Shown in pieces: positions 24,610-29,322 of a DNA stretch of 29,322 bases. The translations under genes and the position numbers were made by a program. Source of the stretch: a virus (lineage: Duplodnaviria > Caudoviricetes). The notes under the pieces are model-generated. The model saw nothing but the letters and a program-made list of their open reading frames with translations. It had not been told where the DNA came from and ran no database searches. Within the stretch, counting starts at the first letter, position 1. Each line of letters opens with the position of its first letter. Location of the stretch: positions 1 to 29,322 of IMG/VR virus record IMGVR_UViG_3300032053_003815; one strand, given 5' to 3'.

Positions 24610-26901
24610 TTACACTAGTGCAGGTGGTTCTACTACACATTTAACAATTGGTACTGAAGGTTCTTTTAAATAGTAATGCATCATCTTGGTATAGGAAAGT
24701 TGCTGATTCAATATCACTAATTCATCCAATGCTCCATAAAATGGTACTTGACTATATGGATCGTATCCAATATAAACATCATAATTATTTGCTACTGGAT
24801 ATGCGTCAGCGGTTTGTACCTTATCTAAATATCCATTTATATAAATCCAAAGTTTATTTTCTGCAAATTTACACACTATATAAGACCATTGATTGTTTGG
24901 AATTGCAGATGTCGAAGATATATACCCTGTCCCACCGGAGGGACCTCCACTTCCAAATATAATATGGCCAGATTCTAAGTGAATATTATAGTTTCTATTA
25001 AACGGCCATAAATCTTCTCCCTTTGAAATTATCGGTCCTCTAGAATTATCTATTGGTTTAATCCAAAACATAATTGTGAATGAACTTGTTAAATTAAGAG
25101 CACTATTATGCGGAACTCTAACACGACCTGTTTGAAAATTAATTGCTCTGCCAAATAATCCCGCTGAAGTAGTTGGGGTTTGATTTGACCCTACTGTAGT
25201 GCCATGCAAGTTTCTCCCCGAACTATCTTTTACTTCACCTGCTTCTCCAGGATAGCCATATTCGTTAAAATGCATTCTAAGGACTAAGTCGTTAAATTGA
25301 CTTTGGAATCTAGTAGGGTTACCTTGACGTCTCTTTATATTATATACTCCGGTAAGAAGTTTTGTAATATAAAGCATTCTGTAATCGAACTCAATACTCT
25401 TTCCTACTGTAGGATAAACAATGTATCTCATCTCTACTTGGTCCCCTGCAGTTCCAGCTCCAATATGATAATTAAGAGTCTTCTCTGCTCCTACTATATG
25501 AGTGCCTGGAGGTGGTGCAAATAAATCATATCTAAATTCTTTTGATTGCCCTATTCCACCTCCAATATTATATAGTGCTTCTAAAGAACGTGTAGGAGCT
25601 GTTAAAAGATTATATTTAAGAGATACATCTTCTCCTACAATACCTCCCATATTAAATAAGAAGGAATACTCTCCTAAAGCAAACTTTCTAATCGCGTATT
25701 TTAAGTCAATAGAAGTAAAGAGATTCTTTCCTAGATAGTAGACGAATTGAATAGAGTCGTGCATTGTATTGAACATATAATATCTGAACTGAGTTGACTT
25801 ACCCGAAGCATATCCAATTCCATAATCAAGCCGAATACTATTAAAGAGACTGTTGAAGAGATTAAAATTAAGTTCTACTGTATCGTTAACTATGTGCCCA
25901 ATATTGTACTTGAATAAAATAGAATTTAACGCAGCATTAAAGATGTGATACTTGAATGCATCAGTCTTGTACATTGTGTGACCTATATGATATCCGCATT
26001 GTAAATCACGTCTAACCGCAGTAGCTAAGTCGTATTTACACGTCATATCGTCATTAACAAAAGTTCCAATCAGATAAAGGAAGTTGAGGTCTCTAGTGGC
26101 CGCCTTAAAGAGATGATATTTAAGAGTGGTAGATTTACCCTCTATATGTCCAATCCTATAATTAGATTCTAAACTCTTTCCTACTGCATACATAATTCCA
26201 TATCGGAACATGACGCTATCTCTAGCAGTAGTACCAATCATATAATTAAAGGCAATATTTACGTAAGGGAGTGGATTAAATATCCAGTACTTTTGTTCAG
26301 TACTATCTCCAACTATATGTCCAATCATATAATCAAGACGTCTTATTGCGCCTGCTGTGAGATTGAAGAGAGTGTACTTAAGTTGAATGTCATCATTAAC
26401 TCTATGACCAATCCAATACTGAAATTCAAACGACTTATTAGTTAACAGATTAAATAAAATATACTTATACTGTTTCGAGTTTCCTACTATTGACCCAATC
26501 ATATACTGATTCTCTATTGAGTCTCCTACTAATTTGAAGATGTGATAATTAAGTTCTACACTATCATACACACCTTTAAAAATATGGTAGTCGAATTCTA
26601 TAGAGTCATTAACCATCTTGAAAATATGATAGTCAAGTTCTAGAGAGTCATTGATCGTGTTAAAGATTCCATACTTAAATTGCTTACTTTGTCCTACTGC
26701 TGCTTTAATATTATATTGCAGAACTAAATCTTTAGTAACTGTGGCAAGTGCTTCTATATTGTATTTGAAGACAACACTGCAACTAACTACTCCTGAGGCT
26801 GACTCCATGAGTTCAAAGTCAACTTGAGGTCCTGCTAGAACTGTATAAGAAGATAGTTCAAAATTTACTTGTGGACCTGAGTCTGGAGTATAGATAGGCA
26901 T
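24610..26901 (-). CDS. Fibre-like protein: 14-aa repeat shaft plus C-terminal LamG (concanavalin A-like) domain
   Basis: About 30 repeats of V.DS....Y.I(F/G); C-terminal DSSGRNLHG, FTIMFWIKP, LWIYING and FYGALDELVI. Confidence 0.8.
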   Translation of the reverse strand: MPIYTPDSGPQVNFELSSYTVLAGPQVDFELMESASGVVSCSVVFKYNIEALATVTKDLVLQYNIKAAVGQSKQFKYGIFNTINDSLELDYHIFKMVNDSIEFDYHIFKGVYDSVELNYHIFKLVGDSIENQYMIGSIVGNSKQYKYILFNLLTNKSFEFQYWIGHRVNDDIQLKYTLFNLTAGAIRRLDYMIGHIVGDSTEQKYWIFNPLPYVNIAFNYMIGTTARDSVMFRYGIMYAVGKSLESNYRIGHIEGKSTTLKYHLFKAATRDLNFLYLIGTFVNDDMTCKYDLATAVRRDLQCGYHIGHTMYKTDAFKYHIFNAALNSILFKYNIGHIVNDTVELNFNLFNSLFNSIRLDYGIGYASGKSTQFRYYMFNTMHDSIQFVYYLGKNLFTSIDLKYAIRKFALGEYSFLFNMGGIVGEDVSLKYNLLTAPTRSLEALYNIGGGIGQSKEFRYDLFAPPPGTHIVGAEKTLNYHIGAGTAGDQVEMRYIVYPTVGKSIEFDYRMLYITKLLTGVYNIKRRQGNPTRFQSQFNDLVLRMHFNEYGYPGEAGEVKDSSGRNLHGTTVGSNQTPTTSAGLFGRAINFQTGRVRVPHNSALNLTSSFTIMFWIKPIDNSRGPIISKGEDLWPFNRNYNIHLESGHIIFGSGGPSGGTGYISSTSAIPNNQWSYIVCKFAENKLWIYINGYLDKVQTADAYPVANNYDVYIGYDPYSQVPFYGALDELVILNQQLSYTKMMHYYLKEPSVPIVKCVVEPPALV
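25365..26790 (-). repeat. Tandem degenerate 14-aa (42-nt) coding repeats, roughly 30-34 units
   Basis: INDSLELDYHIFKM / VNDSIEFDYHIFKG / VYDSVELNYHIFKL...; boundaries approximate. Confidence 0.85.
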
Positions 26902-26907
26902 ACTATT

Positions 26908-29322
26908 TTAGTACTCCATTATAGGTGGTGTGAAATTTGACGTCCAACGAGCAATTGTAGAAATTCTATATTCATCTAAGTAACCTGGAAAGTAGTGCTG
27001 TCCACCACTAGCAGGATCTCTTCCTATTTCAAAAGACGCACTTAGATTTTTAATTGTAGCTGTAAACGACTGTGCTGTTCCCTGAAGTACTCCATTGATA
27101 TAGAAGTAAATATTATTGCTGTATCTAACTAAGGCAATATGATACCATGTATTGAGAGTAGGTGTCCAAGAGACGCTAACGGTAGTATTATCTCCTCCAT
27201 TCATATTATAGAATTTAAGAGTGTCATTATTTTCTAAGAAGAAGTAGAATCTGTTATTAGTATCATCTGTTTGATTAAAGAACATCTGCGCTACTCCTAC
27301 CCCACTAGCAGTCTGTCTCATCCAAAAATCTACTGTAAAATCACTGGAACCAAAATTAAAGTCATCTGAGTCAGGTATCGAAAGATAATCACCATTTCCA
27401 TCAAAATAGCAGGACTGATGACCTAATTGATTGGGTTCTATATGTGCGTCCCCATTAGGAGTAATTGTATGTGCACTACTACTTACATCTGTTAAACTAT
27501 CTCCGTGGATGAGCAGTTTGGTATTTGTATCTACAATAAAGGGAACTGTAGAAGGAGTAAAAGTTGAAGTGTAACGAGCATTATTACTAATACGTAATTC
27601 ATCAATAGCTCCTTCTAAAGAATATGATCCGCCATATGCTCCAATCTGAGGGTCAGCTGCAATACTTGTTACTGTAGCACTATAACTCCCACCATCTAGG
27701 GTTAGAGTTAAAGCAGTTCCATTAACAAAGATATACCAATTACTGCCATTTCTTACTAAAGCAAGATGATACCAAGTTCCTACTGTGGGTGTAAAAGTAG
27801 AGGAATGAAAGTATACCAGAGAGTTATAGAAACTGAGTTTATTTGTATTCCAATAGAAATTAATTTCATCTCCAGTTCCAGGCCACTGACTATAAAGAAT
27901 TTCATAATCAGCTGCAACCGACCACTTAAACCAACCTTCAATAGTAAAGTCATTTGCTCCGAAATTCCAATCTTCTGAATCAGGGATAGTTAAATAATCC
28001 CCAGTTCCATCTAATCGTATGCATCCTTTATTTACTTTTGCAGCATAAGTCAATCTAACATTACCATTAGTTGTTACTGGATGACCTGTATTACTTGCAT
28101 CTAATAAATCTTCTCCGTGAAGAAGTAACTTTGTATTTTCATCTACTGCATAAGGAGTTGTAGAAGGGGTGAAATTCTCTGTCCAGCGGGCGATACCTTT
28201 AGAGATACGAAATTCGTCGATGATGCCATTTAAGGTCGCCGTTGTTTGTCTTAAATCTCTCCCAATTTCTACTGGGCCAGCAATACTGTTAAAACTATAA
28301 TCAGCTAGAAGATTTGTATACCAAGTTATAGTTTTCGATACTCCATCAAGGTAGAAAGCCAAATTGTTCTGACTAGTTCCATACCTAACTAACGCCACAT
28401 GATACCATCTCCCTGTCACTAAACTTAAGTTCTCGACATCAGCGTAGACTTTATTTGCACCAGTCCCATCCCTAAAAATAAAACCTATATCCGTTGCTGC
28501 GTAAGTATATCCTTCAAAGATATGGTCATCATCCTCTCTGTGAGAAAACATAGGATGGTATGTAGCAGCATCTAGATTATTAAACTTTACCCAATAATCA
28601 ATAGTAAAATTATCAGTGCCAAAATTCCAATCATCGTGGTCGGGAATACTTAGGTAATCTCCACTACTATCAAAAGAAATACACCCTTCTCCAATTTTAG
28701 GAGCATAGTTAAGACGAACATTCCCATTAGCAGTTACTGTATAACTATGTAATCCTGAATCAGTTAGGTCGTTTAAGTGGAGAAGTAGTTTTGTATAACT
28801 ATCTACTGAATACTCTCCTGTTGGTACTGAGAAATTTTCTGTCCATCTAGCAATACCCTTAGATATACGAAATTCATCAATACATCCATTCCAATCAGAC
28901 CCAGAATTGGTCTGTTCTCCAATAGTTAATTCTGTAGTAGAATCGTAAATATTTGCACTAGAGGTTTTAGTTGTATCCTGCTGTACTCCATTTACAAATA
29001 ATCTTAAACTAGTTCCACTTCTTGTAAGAGCAATGTGGTACCAAGTATTTGTACTAAGAGTTGTAGGAGACATAGTAAATCCGAATTGCTCTCCAGGTAA
29101 TAAAACTAGCATTTCTGGGGTAGCATGATCGTATCTAAAAAAGAATCCTCCAGAAGCATATGAAGTTTGTGCAATAGTACAATAGCTGTTAGCGAAAGAA
29201 ATTCCTTTTGCCCAACAGTCAATAGTAAAGTCACCTGTACCGAATGCCCAATCACTACTAGCAGGGACTCTTAAAGAATCTCCACTACCGTCGAAGAAAG
29301 CACACCCAGTCCCGAATTTGGG
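26908..29322 (-). CDS. Multi-LamG (at least four tandem domains) adhesin-like virion protein, 5' end outside window
   Basis: The frame stays open to the window end (PKFGTGCAFFDGSGDSLRVP...DFTIDCW). Each unit has FDGxGDYLSIP, DFTIDxW, WYHIALVR, IDEFRISKGIARWT and TKLLLH. Confidence 0.9.
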   Translation of the reverse strand, partial: PKFGTGCAFFDGSGDSLRVPASSDWAFGTGDFTIDCWAKGISFANSYCTIAQTSYASGGFFFRYDHATPEMLVLLPGEQFGFTMSPTTLSTNTWYHIALTRSGTSLRLFVNGVQQDTTKTSSANIYDSTTELTIGEQTNSGSDWNGCIDEFRISKGIARWTENFSVPTGEYSVDSYTKLLLHLNDLTDSGLHSYTVTANGNVRLNYAPKIGEGCISFDSSGDYLSIPDHDDWNFGTDNFTIDYWVKFNNLDAATYHPMFSHREDDDHIFEGYTYAATDIGFIFRDGTGANKVYADVENLSLVTGRWYHVALVRYGTSQNNLAFYLDGVSKTITWYTNLLADYSFNSIAGPVEIGRDLRQTTATLNGIIDEFRISKGIARWTENFTPSTTPYAVDENTKLLLHGEDLLDASNTGHPVTTNGNVRLTYAAKVNKGCIRLDGTGDYLTIPDSEDWNFGANDFTIEGWFKWSVAADYEILYSQWPGTGDEINFYWNTNKLSFYNSLVYFHSSTFTPTVGTWYHLALVRNGSNWYIFVNGTALTLTLDGGSYSATVTSIAADPQIGAYGGSYSLEGAIDELRISNNARYTSTFTPSTVPFIVDTNTKLLIHGDSLTDVSSSAHTITPNGDAHIEPNQLGHQSCYFDGNGDYLSIPDSDDFNFGSSDFTVDFWMRQTASGVGVAQMFFNQTDDTNNRFYFFLENNDTLKFYNMNGGDNTTVSVSWTPTLNTWYHIALVRYSNNIYFYINGVLQGTAQSFTATIKNLSASFEIGRDPASGGQHYFPGYLDEYRISTIARWTSNFTPPIMEY

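Noticed and set aside
2476-27978. All plus-strand ORFs in the track (e.g. 2476, 5577, 6183, 12591, 16748, 18997, 20949, 24648, 27766)
   Set aside because: They are antisense shadows of well-supported minus-strand genes, with no SD or recognisable motifs.
1-29322. Stop-codon reassignment (alternative genetic code)
   Set aside because: Conserved genes are full length in code 11, and TAA, TAG and TGA all terminate genes at sensible boundaries.
8628-29322. Diversity-generating retroelement target or template
   Set aside because: No reverse transcriptase and no near-identical repeat pair differing at adenines was seen. LamG similarities are ordinary domain duplications.
1-29322. tRNA, rRNA, integrase, lysis cassette, introns/inteins
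   Set aside because: None recognised. Intergenic gaps are too short or otherwise explained, and the ligase, capsid and primase show no insertions.

Overview
The window is an internal segment of a tailed dsDNA bacteriophage genome (AT-rich, siphovirus-like, no sheath gene). All credible genes lie on the minus strand. In transcription order (right to left) it contains: a multi-LamG adhesin cut off by the window edge; a 14-aa-repeat fibre with a LamG tip; MuF-like head protein, prohead protease/scaffold and HK97-fold capsid; head-tail connectors, tail tube, chaperones and tape measure; tail-tip and fibre genes. An early region follows, driven by four copies of a sigma70-type promoter. It encodes small ORFs, a truncated sigma factor, an ATP-dependent ligase, a DUF932-like protein, a stand-alone PilB/GspE N-terminal-like domain, a secreted collagen-like protein, a putative replication initiator and a DnaG-DnaB primase-helicase fusion cut off by the left edge. 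The best candidate for an undescribed system is the PilB-N-like mimic plus secreted collagen pair (possible host-surface remodelling or superinfection exclusion). The second is a three-class promoter set paired with a sigma factor lacking region 4. All family calls come from motif recognition by eye, not from database searches.
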